A stretch of 64,000 nucleotides of DNA, from positions 160,001 to 224,000 of the forward strand of contig CP046106.1 in assembly GCA_013343275.1 (NCBI GenBank), given 5' to 3'. How positions within the stretch are numbered: position 1 is the first letter of the stretch; each line of letters begins with the position of its first letter. This DNA comes from Candidatus Nanohaloarchaea archaeon (GTDB taxonomy: Archaea > Nanohalarchaeota > Nanosalinia > Nanosalinales > Nanosalinaceae). The notes under the pieces are model-generated. The model was not told where the DNA came from and ran no database searches. It saw only the letters and a program-made list of their open reading frames with translations. The translations under genes were made by a program, and so were the position numbers. Shown in pieces: positions 28,592-38,297 of this stretch.

Positions 28592-29194
28592 CTATCCAAG
28601 CTTTCTTTTCCAATGTTTCTCTAAGCGTGACGCCGTTACTTTCTCACTCATTTTCTTTTTGAAAGTCTCTTTCTGACTCTGAGTCAAGTCCTCGCTGTAA
28701 CTCCATTTCTCAAGCCACTTTTCCTCTTCTACTTCTGACCTTACTCTGGCTTTGTCGAAAACTATCTCTCCGAAATCCATCTGGAACATTTTGCCATCTC
28801 TGTACCCATTGTTAACAGTAAAGTTGTAGATGGTGTCTCCAATGCCGTAGCGCCACAGTTCGTGGAGGAGATTAATGTAGTCATCAACTATCTCGGGAAA
28901 CTCTTTCCCCTCGAAATCCTCAACCGGAGTCATTAAGTTCTGGTACACTTCTGGGTCTTCTACCCTCTTTATTCCAAAAAGCTTTCTCTCAGGGATATCA
29001 GAAGAAACAATCCTTCCAACAGCTTTTTCCCTCCTATCAAGGCCTTTACTCACTAGGCTTTCCACAGACTCCTGTCTGGACTCCCAGCTCTTAATAGTCT
29101 CTACCATCTCCTCCCGAGACTTCGGAACCTTCCGTACAGTATCCTCACTGATCCTATACACTGTGTACTGAAGGCCTTCACCAATCTTCCTCAT
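28592..29194 (-). CDS. Hypothetical protein with kinase-like motifs
   Basis: IGEG..Y.V, V.K, D....N and DFG-like elements. Confidence 0.55.
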   Translation of the reverse strand: MRKIGEGLQYTVYRISEDTVRKVPKSREEMVETIKSWESRQESVESLVSKGLDRREKAVGRIVSSDIPERKLFGIKRVEDPEVYQNLMTPVEDFEGKEFPEIVDDYINLLHELWRYGIGDTIYNFTVNNGYRDGKMFQMDFGEIVFDKARVRSEVEEEKWLEKWSYSEDLTQSQKETFKKKMSEKVTASRLEKHWKRKLG

Positions 29195-29201
29195 GTAGAA
29201 A

Positions 29202-30650
29202 TCACTTCAGCCATTTACTTCCTTCCTCAGTGTCCTCTACCTCGAAGCCGAGATCTTCCAGCCTGTCACGGATCATATCGGAAGTCTCCCAGTCCTCTTC
29301 CTCACGGGCCTCATCACGCAGTTCCATCAAGAGATCAGCAAGCTCCGATTCCTCTTCAGAGGCCTGAGGCCTGATATCAACTCCTAGAACTTGGAATAAC
29401 TTTTCCAGTGTGTCAGCATATTTTGGCTTGACGTCTCCCTCTATCGAATTTAAGTGGTTTACAACTTCCAGGAGATATTGCTTTGCTCGCGGAGTGTTGA
29501 GGTCATCATCCATTCTCTCTCTAAACTCTTTCTCAATCTCATCTGTAGAGGTATCATAATTTACCGGAGATTCTGCTGAGATACTACTATCTCTTATTTT
29601 CTTCACAGTCCTTCTCACTCGCTGAAGCTCTTTCTCGGCTTTTTCCAGGCCTTTGATCGAGAAATTGGTCTCGCTGCGGTAATGAGTGCTGATAAGGTAA
29701 AGCCTGATCGCATCGCCACTGAAATCTTTTTCCAGCAGCTCTCTTACGGTATAGAAATTGCCTTCGGACTTCGACATCTTCTCTCCTTCAACATTAATGA
29801 ACTCATTGTGAAGCCAGTAACGGGCCTGACCTTCTCCGGAAGCTGCAAAGGCCTGAGCTCTCTCATTTGGATGGTGTGGGAAGATATGGTCTTTTCCACC
29901 GGCGTGGATATCGAACTCGTCGCCCAGGTACTTCTGGGACATGACAGAACACTCGATATGCCAGCCGGGATATCCAACAGATTCGACTAATTCGCCGTCG
30001 ATCTCGAACTTGGCCGTCCATTTCATCAGATGGCCGGAGTCCTCGGCGTCCAACCAGAGGGCGAAATCAAACTGGTTCTTCTTTTTTTCGTCCGGCTCTA
30101 CACGGCTTCTGGCCTCTTCCTTCAACTGTTCCAGATCTTTGTTCGCCATCTCGCCGTACGGATAATCCTGTGCAAACTTCTCGACGTCGAAGTAGATATT
30201 GCCGTCAACCTCGTACGCGTATCCATTATCTATAATCTTCTGAACGTACTCGATCATCTCGTTGATATGGCCTGTTGCTCTCGGCACGATATCTTGACGC
30301 TTGACATTCAAGGCCTTCGTATCCTCGAAGTAGCGCTCGATCTGATCCTCTACAAGCTCCATAGGCTCAAGGCCTAGCTTTTTCGCCCGTTTCTCAACTT
30401 TATCTTCTCCCTGATCGCCATCGTCAGTTAGATGGCCTACATCTGTGATGTTCTGTACATGCCGGACCGTATATCCTTTCCACCGTAGGTATCGAGTTAG
30501 TGTATCCCAGGCTGTGTAGGCCTTGGCGTTTCCAATGTGGAGGTCGTCGTAGATTGTCTGCCCGCAGCTGTAGAAAGTAAATTTTCCTTCTTCAAGAGGT
30601 TTGAATTCTTCTTTCTCCCGTGTCAGCGTATTGAATAACTTCAGTGTCAT
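29202..30650 (-). CDS. cysS: Cysteine--tRNA ligase
   Basis: CG.T.YD..HIGN, DFALW, PGWHIECS, FPHH.NE, KMSKS. Confidence 0.96.
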   Translation of the reverse strand: MTLKLFNTLTREKEEFKPLEEGKFTFYSCGQTIYDDLHIGNAKAYTAWDTLTRYLRWKGYTVRHVQNITDVGHLTDDGDQGEDKVEKRAKKLGLEPMELVEDQIERYFEDTKALNVKRQDIVPRATGHINEMIEYVQKIIDNGYAYEVDGNIYFDVEKFAQDYPYGEMANKDLEQLKEEARSRVEPDEKKKNQFDFALWLDAEDSGHLMKWTAKFEIDGELVESVGYPGWHIECSVMSQKYLGDEFDIHAGGKDHIFPHHPNERAQAFAASGEGQARYWLHNEFINVEGEKMSKSEGNFYTVRELLEKDFSGDAIRLYLISTHYRSETNFSIKGLEKAEKELQRVRRTVKKIRDSSISAESPVNYDTSTDEIEKEFRERMDDDLNTPRAKQYLLEVVNHLNSIEGDVKPKYADTLEKLFQVLGVDIRPQASEEESELADLLMELRDEAREEEDWETSDMIRDRLEDLGFEVEDTEEGSKWLK

Positions 30651-30849
30651 TTTAGTTCAGCTCCGAGCAGCGCTGTAACTAGGTTTAGAAGTTCAGAATT
30701 AAAGGCCTGTCGAAACAGAGAACTGTTTCCTGAGACAAAAACGTCCACCTTTGCTGCTCATAACTGAGGTTTGCGATGTGAATAATTAAAAACTCAGGCC
30801 TTTCACTCTGGCGAAACCAATTAATCCCTGGGCCTCGGTAACTGGATAC

Positions 30850-31551
30850 ATGGTATTTGGAGATGTAGAGATGGTGCATAGAGTGGAGGATATTCCACAT
30901 GATCGCGGGGTATACGTGATCGTGGATGTGAAGTACTTTTCATCGACTGTAGTTGAGCTCTTCTCCCAGGGGATAGAGGAAGTGCATGTCAGCGAGGAAA
31001 GAGGAGATGAACACAGGTTCAAGGAGGAAAACCCTGGATCTGTGATCGGAGGGCCTACCCTACCAGGCTACGAAGTTGAGGAAGGCTACGACTTCTTTAA
31101 CTCTCCTGCATCCGTTCGAAAGGTAGAAGGGATAGAAGATGCGGATTCAGCAGCTCTCACCTCCTCGAATGGCGGAAGAGCGATCAACAGGCTGATGGAG
31201 AAAGATGAAGATCCGGATATATTTGTAGGTTCAACAACAAATGCCAGGCCTCTCGGAAAATACCTCAGGGAGAACATGGAACCTTCCGATATCTGTATAG
31301 TGCCATGTGGCTCAAAAGGCGTTCCTGCAGCAGAGGACTATATAGGAGCAGTCCACATCTCCGCAGCAATCAACCAGAGAGAAATTTCCGATAAAAAATA
31401 CAGAAGTCATACCAGCGTGATACGAAACGCGAAAGGGCCCTACCAGGAAAGACATGAACACCGGCAGAAAGACGCCGATATCGCCTCAAACTTCAACAGC
31501 TGTCAGGCCGTACCTAGAGCCAAGGGCCGAGTACTCGAAGATATAGAATAG
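30850..31551 (+). CDS. 2-phosphosulfolactate phosphatase (ComB) family protein
   Basis: VIVDV..FSST, FFNSP, TSSNG, ED..GA. Confidence 0.75.
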   Translation: MVFGDVEMVHRVEDIPHDRGVYVIVDVKYFSSTVVELFSQGIEEVHVSEERGDEHRFKEENPGSVIGGPTLPGYEVEEGYDFFNSPASVRKVEGIEDADSAALTSSNGGRAINRLMEKDEDPDIFVGSTTNARPLGKYLRENMEPSDICIVPCGSKGVPAAEDYIGAVHISAAINQREISDKKYRSHTSVIRNAKGPYQERHEHRQKDADIASNFNSCQAVPRAKGRVLEDIE

Positions 31552-31559
31552 TGTGTGAT

Positions 31560-32015
31560 CTAGAACGGAGCTTTCTCTATTTTCTCGAGGAACTGGGCCT
31601 GATCTTCCCTGTTTTCCAGTCTTTCAGCTTCTTCTGAGTGCACGAAGTCTGTTAGTTCTCCTGGCTCAACCCATTTAACCTCTGCGAGGTCATCGAGGGC
31701 TTCTGCGTCTTTTTCTTCGGCTTCGCAGTGGAATACTATCTGCAGAGAATCTTTTTCTCCTCCGTCCCATGCAAATGTCATTACGTCGACTGTCTGATGT
31801 ACGTCTACTTCAAGGCCTGTCTCTTCCTCTACTTCTCTTTCTATTGCTTCCTCTACCTGTTCTCCATGTTCTAAATGGCCGCCGAGTAGGTGCCATTCTC
31901 CGCTGATTGGATGGCCTTCTGTTTCTTCTTTCCTGCCTATCAGGATTTCTCCTCTGTGTGTTATCAGACCTTTGACAACAGTTCTGAAATCGTGTTTTTC
32001 GCTTGATTCGCTCAT
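31560..32015 (-). CDS. NUDIX hydrolase
   Basis: [18 protein letters not shown]. Confidence 0.88.
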   Translation of the reverse strand: MSESSEKHDFRTVVKGLITHRGEILIGRKEETEGHPISGEWHLLGGHLEHGEQVEEAIEREVEEETGLEVDVHQTVDVMTFAWDGGEKDSLQIVFHCEAEEKDAEALDDLAEVKWVEPGELTDFVHSEEAERLENREDQAQFLEKIEKAPF

Positions 32016-32398
32016 AGGTTTACTGCCTCCATGTACAGTTTGAAGCTGTCGATGGTATCAAAGTTTTCGGTTTCCTCTATCGAGGCCCATTCATGGGATT
32101 CGTGTTCATGGCTGAGATCTACTTCTGAGGAAGATACCTCTACCAGGAAAATGTGGAACCTGAAATCTCTATCGTCTATCACGACTTCTTCAACGGAGGC
32201 CTTCTCAACCTTCTCAGGTTCCAGTCCTGTCTCTTCCTGGAGCTCTCTGACAGCGGTCAGCTCTGCTGTCTCACCTTCATCTACCCCACCTCCTGGGAAC
32301 TCCCATTTCAAAGGATTGGTGTCGTCCTCCGATCTCTGTACCAGTAGAAGCTCCTCTCTTTCACTGTGAAAGGTAACGGCCTTCGCAACTTCAATCAT
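32012..32398 (-). CDS. NUDIX hydrolase
   Basis: [12 protein letters not shown]....[11 protein letters not shown]. Confidence 0.9.
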   Translation of the reverse strand: MIEVAKAVTFHSEREELLLVQRSEDDTNPLKWEFPGGGVDEGETAELTAVRELQEETGLEPEKVEKASVEEVVIDDRDFRFHIFLVEVSSSEVDLSHEHESHEWASIEETENFDTIDSFKLYMEAVNL

Positions 32399-32799
32399 TC
32401 TTTCTCGATCCCCACGGCTTCAAGTTCTTTCTCCAGGCCTTTAACAGTTTCAAAGCTGTCCAGTTCGTCCCGTGAAATCCACTGGTGTTCGGTGTGCTCT
32501 CTCGAAAGCTCTACCCTGGAGCTCTGGACAAGTATGAGGAACGGATGAATCTCTATATCCCCGATATCGGCCTCGATAATCCCGGAGTCACCGGTCTTCA
32601 GTATCTCTCCTTTCAGACCTGTCTCCTCATGCAGTTCCCGGATAGCAGCCTCTCGAGGTGTCTCATCTTCCTCGACAACACCGCCAGGAAACTCCCAGAG
32701 GCCCGGATTTCTGTCCTTGGAGTCCGCTCTCCTGACCAGGAGAAACTTCTGTTTCTCCGAGTTATAGACTACTGTAGTTGCTGCCTGGAAATCAGTCAT
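32395..32799 (-). CDS. NUDIX hydrolase
   Basis: [12 protein letters not shown]....[11 protein letters not shown]. Confidence 0.9.
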   Translation of the reverse strand: MTDFQAATTVVYNSEKQKFLLVRRADSKDRNPGLWEFPGGVVEEDETPREAAIRELHEETGLKGEILKTGDSGIIEADIGDIEIHPFLILVQSSRVELSREHTEHQWISRDELDSFETVKGLEKELEAVGIEKE

Positions 32800-33163
32800 C
32801 TATCTCACCCAGTTCTTCCAGAGATTTCAGACCTCTAGCAGTATCAAGGGTTTTCAGGCCTGGAACCTGCGCCCAGGCGTAATCAGAGAATTTGCCGCTT
32901 AACTCAACTTCTCCTTTAACTTCTACAAGGAAAGGATAGATCTTCAGGCCTTCATCTTCCGATACAAACGGTTGTGCTCTCTCAACTACTTCTCCTTCCA
33001 GGGATGTATCCTCTTTCAGGCCTTCGATCGCTACCTTCTCTGGAGGTTCTTCGCCATTTATTTCCTGTGATGGGAACTTCCAGTTCTCTGCGCTGTCTTC
33101 CAGCATCAAGTACATCAGGCCTTTCTGTGGAACAACTACCGCTATCTCCTTTTCGTCTGTCAT
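32792..33163 (-). CDS. NUDIX-fold protein with degenerate Nudix box
   Basis: WKFPS...AIEGLKEDTSL aligns with the neighbouring NUDIX paralogs. Confidence 0.7.
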   Translation of the reverse strand: MTDEKEIAVVVPQKGLMYLMLEDSAENWKFPSQEINGEEPPEKVAIEGLKEDTSLEGEVVERAQPFVSEDEGLKIYPFLVEVKGEVELSGKFSDYAWAQVPGLKTLDTARGLKSLEELGEIDD

Positions 33164-33217
33164 ACCACCGTTACCGAACCTAAAATTCAATATACTTGCC
33201 TTCCAAAACCGTACCCA

Positions 33218-33793
33218 ATGAGGTACTGGGAGAAACTGGAACAGGTACTTCTCAACAGAAAGGCCTTACTCCTGTTCGCTACCGCCAACATACTTGGCAC
33301 AGTCTTCGGATTCTACTATTACGCAGATCAGCTATCAGCCAACCCTGTCATACTATGGCCTTTCATACCTGACTCTCCCATTGCAACCTTGCTGGCAGCT
33401 GCTTCATTCCTGCTGATAGCATACAGGAGGGATAGAGAGCTTGTCAATGCTTTCGCAGTCATAGGCAACCTGAAGTACGGCCTCTGGACAGTTTTCGTGC
33501 TGACCTACTACTCGGAAATCTTCTACGCAGGCAACACGCTTCCAATGTATCTGTTCCTCCTGTTATCGCATGTAGGAATGGCAGTACAGGCCTTATTCCT
33601 GATGGAGATCTCGGAAGTCGAACTCAGGCCTTTAATCATAGCTGCAGCATGGTTCATCGTCAACGACCTGGTAGATTACAGTCTCGGAATTCACACAGAA
33701 ATCTATACCTCCCAGGTGTTTCCGGCGATGGTAGCGGCCTTCACACTTACTGCAGGCGCCATCACTCTTCTCTATCTTCGAGATTCCGGATAG
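33218..33793 (+). CDS. DUF1405 family membrane protein
   Basis: N..GT.FG..YY..QL, PDSP.A, KYG.W, SH..M, ND..DY. Confidence 0.85.
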   Translation: MRYWEKLEQVLLNRKALLLFATANILGTVFGFYYYADQLSANPVILWPFIPDSPIATLLAAASFLLIAYRRDRELVNAFAVIGNLKYGLWTVFVLTYYSEIFYAGNTLPMYLFLLLSHVGMAVQALFLMEISEVELRPLIIAAAWFIVNDLVDYSLGIHTEIYTSQVFPAMVAAFTLTAGAITLLYLRDSG

Positions 33794-34253
33794 GGGTTCC
33801 ACCTACAAACTCTCCTTCCTCTACATCACGGTTAACCAGCGAACCAGCAGATATCTTCGCACCATCACCAATCTCCACGCCAGGAAGAACAATACTTCTG
33901 GTACCCAGCATAACATTTTCTCCAACCTTCACAGGCCCGGTCCTCATCTCATCCTGCAAGGCCTCATGAGTCAGTATCACAGTATCGTACCCAATAATAG
34001 TGTTGTCGCCGATAGAGATCCTGTCAGGCTGGAAGAGGTCAAGAGTGGCGGCGAAACCTATCGAAACATTCTCCCCTATATCTGCACCTGTCAACCTCAG
34101 AAGAAAGTTCTTGACCTTCAGAGGCATGTACTTCGAGAGAACGACAAGAACTATCCTCCAGATACTGCTTGTAACCCCGAAAATCTGAGGCCAGTACCTC
34201 AAAGAGTTCTTCCCCTCAAACTCGTGAATCTCCAGCCTGTCTTTACGGCCCAT
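33762..34253 (-). CDS. Hexapeptide-repeat acyltransferase
   Basis: LbH repeats, ILTH, LPGV.IG, V.RDV, GG.P. Confidence 0.85.
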   Translation of the reverse strand: MGRKDRLEIHEFEGKNSLRYWPQIFGVTSSIWRIVLVVLSKYMPLKVKNFLLRLTGADIGENVSIGFAATLDLFQPDRISIGDNTIIGYDTVILTHEALQDEMRTGPVKVGENVMLGTRSIVLPGVEIGDGAKISAGSLVNRDVEEGEFVGGTPIRNLEDREE

Positions 34254-34318
34254 AAAAAGAATTATCTGTCCGCATGATTAAATGTCTGAAGTCAGCTATA
34301 AGAATGTCAGTAAGAAGC

Positions 34319-34732
34319 TTATAATTTTATTTTTCTTCGTAAAAATCTGCTTATTGGAGGGATGTTAATTAGATATGCGAGACCGCCAGCCAAGAAGACT
34401 GATCCTAGTATTAATTTATTTTGAGAGCTTAAAATAGGATATGTGTTGAAAAAAGCTGTGGTGGCATATAGAATAGTAAATATAACCAGACTAAATTGCA
34501 GGAACTGATCGTTCCTCCTGCTCAATTCCTCTGAAACAATTTGGAAGCCTTCTTTCGATAAATCTATTCCATCTGGAAATTGTATGGTACTGTTGCCCTC
34601 TTCATCAACATCCGCTAGTGCAACTGCTCTGAGCAATCCGCGTTGACTTAGTCGATTAATTTCCTCTACATCTGCGTTGGGATCTCTTCCTTTATACAGA
34701 TCTATAAGTATTTCCCAGTCTCCATCGTCCAT
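34319..34732 (-). CDS. Hypothetical membrane protein in an AT-rich islet
   Basis: 137-aa ORF with two C-terminal TM helices; visibly AT-richer than its flanks. Confidence 0.55.
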   Translation of the reverse strand: MDDGDWEILIDLYKGRDPNADVEEINRLSQRGLLRAVALADVDEEGNSTIQFPDGIDLSKEGFQIVSEELSRRNDQFLQFSLVIFTILYATTAFFNTYPILSSQNKLILGSVFLAGGLAYLINIPPISRFLRRKIKL

Positions 34733-34859
34733 TATTCTAGACTTAGTGTTTCTTACTTTTGTATTCCTTTGATTCTAGTTCTGAAATGGTTGTTAGACTC
34801 ATCATTAAATATTCGCTTATTAATGGCCTTGAGCTATTTCTAGAATAGGGATTGGTTGA

Positions 34860-34930
34860 AGCCGGAGCAGGGATTTGCACCCTGGTAAACCGCTCTGCAG
34901 GCGGTCGCATAACTACTCTGCCACTCCGGC
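34860..34930 (-). tRNA. tRNA-Cys(GCA)
   Basis: Acceptor GCCGGAG/CTCCGGC, anticodon arm ACCGC-CTGCAGA-GCGGT, U discriminator; T loop reads TGCAAAT. Confidence 0.9.
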
Positions 34931-34975
34931 TTTTCTGGCTGGACTGGAGTCCGAGAAAACGTGTTTGTTTTCGGC

Positions 34976-34990
34976 CTGCCACTCCGGCTT
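34976..34990 (-). repeat. 15-bp direct copy spanning the 5' end of tRNA-Cys
   Basis: CTGCCACTCCGGCTT at 34976-34990 is identical to 34918-34932. Confidence 0.88.
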
Positions 34991-35158
34991 GTGTAAGGTA
35001 TAGGTGGGATAGAAGTTTTTAATAAACCGGTGAGGCCTTTGTTTTCTCTGGTTTTCTGGGTGTCTGACTGCGGCCTGTTATAGTTTACTGTACCGGAGTT
35101 TCCTGTTCTATTTTTATTATTCACGGAGGAATGTGGATTTACATCGAGGGGAGAAATT

Positions 35159-35965
35159 TTGAAAGTCGAGATACTTGGAAACGTTCAGGACGCAGGAGTA
35201 CCGCATCTGGAATGCAGCTGCGATGTATGTGAAGCTGCAAGGGAGGATCCACGGAATCAGAAGCACGTAGCTTCAGTAATGCTTAAGGAAAACTCGGATA
35301 AGGACTCTGTAAGATACCTGATTGACGCAACCCCTGATGTACGATACCAGATTAGAGGAGACTATCTTGACGGAGTATTCATAAGTCATGGCCAGCTAGG
35401 CCATATCACAGGGCTTCTTGACTTTGGAGAGGAAGGGTGCGACAAGAACAGCCTCCCTGTCTATGTAACAGATAAGACAAGAGACTTCATCGAGAGAAAC
35501 GATCCTTACCGGCTGCTGATCGATAAAAACAATATAGAGCTGAACGACTTCAACGATGGAGAATCTCTGGATCTGCAGGGAGCGGAGATCGAGGCCCGTG
35601 AAGCAGAGCACAGCCGGCTAAACACAGATACTACAAGTTTCATGATCAAAGGCCCGGAGAAAAAGCTTTTCTACATGAGCGACATCCATGCATGGACTGA
35701 CGATACTTTGAAGAGCGTGAAAGAGGCCGATATCGCGATTGTTGACGGAACTTTCTGGAACGAAGAGGAAATTGATCGTTACGAGGAGGTTCCTCACCCG
35801 GTTATGAAGGAGACAATGCACAAGACCGAGGACTGGGATACTGAGATCTACTTCACACACCTCAACCACACCAACCCGGCACTGAGGTCTGACTCCGATG
35901 AGAGACAGGAAGTTGAGGAAAGAGGATTCGGTGTGGTAGAACAGGGTCAGGAGTTCGAGATTTAG
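35159..35965 (+). CDS. MBL-fold metallohydrolase (PqqB/PhnP-like)
   Basis: LG..QDAGVPH..C.C..C, LIDATPD, SH...GH, DGTF, HLNHTNP. Confidence 0.85.
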   Translation: MKVEILGNVQDAGVPHLECSCDVCEAAREDPRNQKHVASVMLKENSDKDSVRYLIDATPDVRYQIRGDYLDGVFISHGQLGHITGLLDFGEEGCDKNSLPVYVTDKTRDFIERNDPYRLLIDKNNIELNDFNDGESLDLQGAEIEAREAEHSRLNTDTTSFMIKGPEKKLFYMSDIHAWTDDTLKSVKEADIAIVDGTFWNEEEIDRYEEVPHPVMKETMHKTEDWDTEIYFTHLNHTNPALRSDSDERQEVEERGFGVVEQGQEFEI

Positions 35966-36196
35966 ATAACCGGAGAAGACAGCTACGTTAAAACCCCTCC
36001 CAAGGGAAAAACTTGCAGCCGCTTCTCCAGGCTCTCTGTATAGGCCTTTCCCGGGGGAAACGGGAAAGAACTTTTTCTAGGGGCAAGCAATGGGATCAAA
36101 TACTGGAGGCCTTTTTTGGCGGCCTCCTGTAAGAAGTTATTTCTCAAGACTCGTTATTTAAACCGTTTCTCAGCTGTCCGAAATGTCCGATAAATC

Positions 36197-37210
36197 CTAG
36201 GATGCCGGCGAGTATTTGCGGCCTCTCTTCTCTCCAGAGGCCTCTATCAGGCCGTAGTCCACCATCTTGTTCAGGTATCTTCTCAGCGTTCTGTCGTTCC
36301 TCGGATCCTCTGCCTCTGTCCGATACTTCTCGTAGAGTTCTCCAGGACTGATCTCACCTTCCTCCTTGATTATGTCGTATAGAATTCTCTGGTGGTCATG
36401 CAGTTTTTCCAGAGATACTGATTTGTTCTCCTGGACTGCGTCCGAAAAACTTTGCTCGAAAATTCTGTCGGGAATTTTCTCAAGGTCTTCTCTCTCGGCC
36501 TTCCTCGCTGCCATCCGCAAAGTCCCGATAGCTACTCTGGCGTCGCCCTGTGATTTCTCTGCCACCATCTCCAGTTGAGCTCTCGTTGCAGCTCCCGGCT
36601 TCAGTCCGTACTCTCTACGATCTGCAAGTATATCTGTAAGCTCCTTGACGGAGTAACTGCTGAAGTGAATGTCTTCACGTGTCGAGAAAGAAGACTGTAT
36701 GCGATCATCTAGCTGGCCGAAAACGTTCTCCCTGTTCGATATCATAATTATTCCAACCTTGTTAAGCCGGGAAATATCGTATAGAAAGCTTTCCTCCTTG
36801 ATCTGGTCTACCTCGTCAACTATCACAACCATAGGCCTTTTTCTCGCAGTCTCCTCCAGCTTGTCGACAAGTTCCTCCGTGGCCGTGCCTTCACGCGTAA
36901 TAAACTCTCCCATATCTGTCAGTAACTGGTAGTACGCCTCGAAACGCGACGGATTACGGAAACAGTCAATCGAACCTGATTTCAGATCTGTAGCGTGCTT
37001 ATGCAACTCTTCGACAACATAGTTCGCCATCGCAGTCTTACCGGTACCAGGAGGCCCGTGAATCAGCATATCGATCGGCTGCTCGCCCTCCAGAATAGGC
37101 CTCAAATTATCGGCAATAACCTGTCTCTCGCTGTCTCTATGCACCATTTTGTTCGGCAGATAGTCTGCGGAAAGAACACGCGCATCTTCAATTATCGAGT
37201 TATAGCTCAA
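36197..37210 (-). CDS. cdc6: Orc1/Cdc6 replication initiation protein
   Basis: Y.P....HR, GPPGTGKT, VDEVD, GDAR.AI, C-terminal winged helix. Confidence 0.93.
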   Translation of the reverse strand: MSYNSIIEDARVLSADYLPNKMVHRDSERQVIADNLRPILEGEQPIDMLIHGPPGTGKTAMANYVVEELHKHATDLKSGSIDCFRNPSRFEAYYQLLTDMGEFITREGTATEELVDKLEETARKRPMVVIVDEVDQIKEESFLYDISRLNKVGIIMISNRENVFGQLDDRIQSSFSTREDIHFSSYSVKELTDILADRREYGLKPGAATRAQLEMVAEKSQGDARVAIGTLRMAARKAEREDLEKIPDRIFEQSFSDAVQENKSVSLEKLHDHQRILYDIIKEEGEISPGELYEKYRTEAEDPRNDRTLRRYLNKMVDYGLIEASGEKRGRKYSPAS

Positions 37211-37316
37211 CCCCTTTACCCCCGAAAAAGAATGAAAGGCCTATACTGAAATAATTTTTCGCTAAACCTGTTTCGGTCCATTCTCTTTTAACCTTTCCAC
37301 TTACATTCTGAGATAT

Positions 37317-37583
37317 GGGTAGGCCGGGCGGTTCGGGGTCGCCTGTAACCTGAAATCCTCTACATGCAGTGGGCCGAAAACCAGTGCGAGGAGTTTCTTC
37401 GACGGTTCCGGCCCTTTCCTGGGCTGTCGATGATCCGTCCTCCGGGATGTCGCAGGTTGTGAATCGGGTCAGGCCTTGACGGGAGCAGCCCTAAGCAGTC
37501 TGTGGCATGTTCGGAGGGTGGCGGATCTGAGGTCCGGGAAAGGATTCACCGGCCGTTGAAGAGCTTCCAGCACTGGGAACCCG
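37317..37583 (+). ncRNA. ffs: Archaeal SRP RNA (7S); ends approximate
   Basis: Alu-domain start GGGTAGGCCGGGCGGTTCGG...CTGTAACC.GAAA; helix 8 TCAGGCC...GGGAGCAG; closing CCAGTGC/GCACTGG helix. Confidence 0.9.
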
Positions 37584-37649
37584 CTGGTTTTTACATGTTG
37601 CAGGCTTTTAACATTTCGAACCTGTATTCTTCAATGTCTGAAACCTGCT

Positions 37650-38297
37650 ATGATCCATGTATACGGTACTTCACACGTTTCTCAGCAGAGTATTGAACGG
37701 ATAGACGAAGCTATAGATAAGCACGATCCGGATATAGTGGCCCTGGAACTCGACCCTATAAGACTTCAGGCCCTGAAATCCGGTGAAGAGAACAGTTCTT
37801 CAGGAGGCTCGCTTTTCATAAGATTACTTAGAAAGTTTCAGAATAGGATAGGATCGAAGACAGGGCTTATGCCTGGTCAGGAAATGCTTTACGCTTATCA
37901 CAGGGCTCTTGGAGAGGAAAGGGATGTAGTGCTTGTGGATCAGGATATAAGAGTTACAGTACAGAAACTGAAGAGAGATGTAGGCAGGAAGGAGAAAGTT
38001 AAGGCCGGTGCATCTCTTCTTGCAGGGCTTGTTCTGCCGGGAGGGATTGATGTCTCGGAGATACCGGATGAGAAGATGGTACAGCAGATGTCGGCAGAGA
38101 TGAAGCACAGCTTTCCAGGCCTTCACTCGGTGCTTCTGCAGGAGAGAAATATTGTTATGGCCGAATCCCTGAAGCAGGTGCAGAGAGAAAACCCTGACAG
38201 CGATATAGTTGCGTTCGTCGGAGCAGCACACAGAAAGTTTTTAGAGGATGAGCTAAGTGAATTCGATAGTCAAAGTACAGTGGAAGAATTCTTCTGA
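37650..38297 (+). CDS. TraB/PrgY family protein
   Basis: GTSHVS, VALELD..R, PG.EM, LVDQDI, ERN..MA, VGAAH. Confidence 0.88.
   Translation: MIHVYGTSHVSQQSIERIDEAIDKHDPDIVALELDPIRLQALKSGEENSSSGGSLFIRLLRKFQNRIGSKTGLMPGQEMLYAYHRALGEERDVVLVDQDIRVTVQKLKRDVGRKEKVKAGASLLAGLVLPGGIDVSEIPDEKMVQQMSAEMKHSFPGLHSVLLQERNIVMAESLKQVQRENPDSDIVAFVGAAHRKFLEDELSEFDSQSTVEEFF

Noticed and set aside
34743-35124. Minus-strand ORFs of 79 and 94 aa
   Set aside because: They overlap tRNA-Cys and its promoter and lack host-like composition
37502-37696. 64-aa ORF
   Set aside because: It overlaps the SRP RNA
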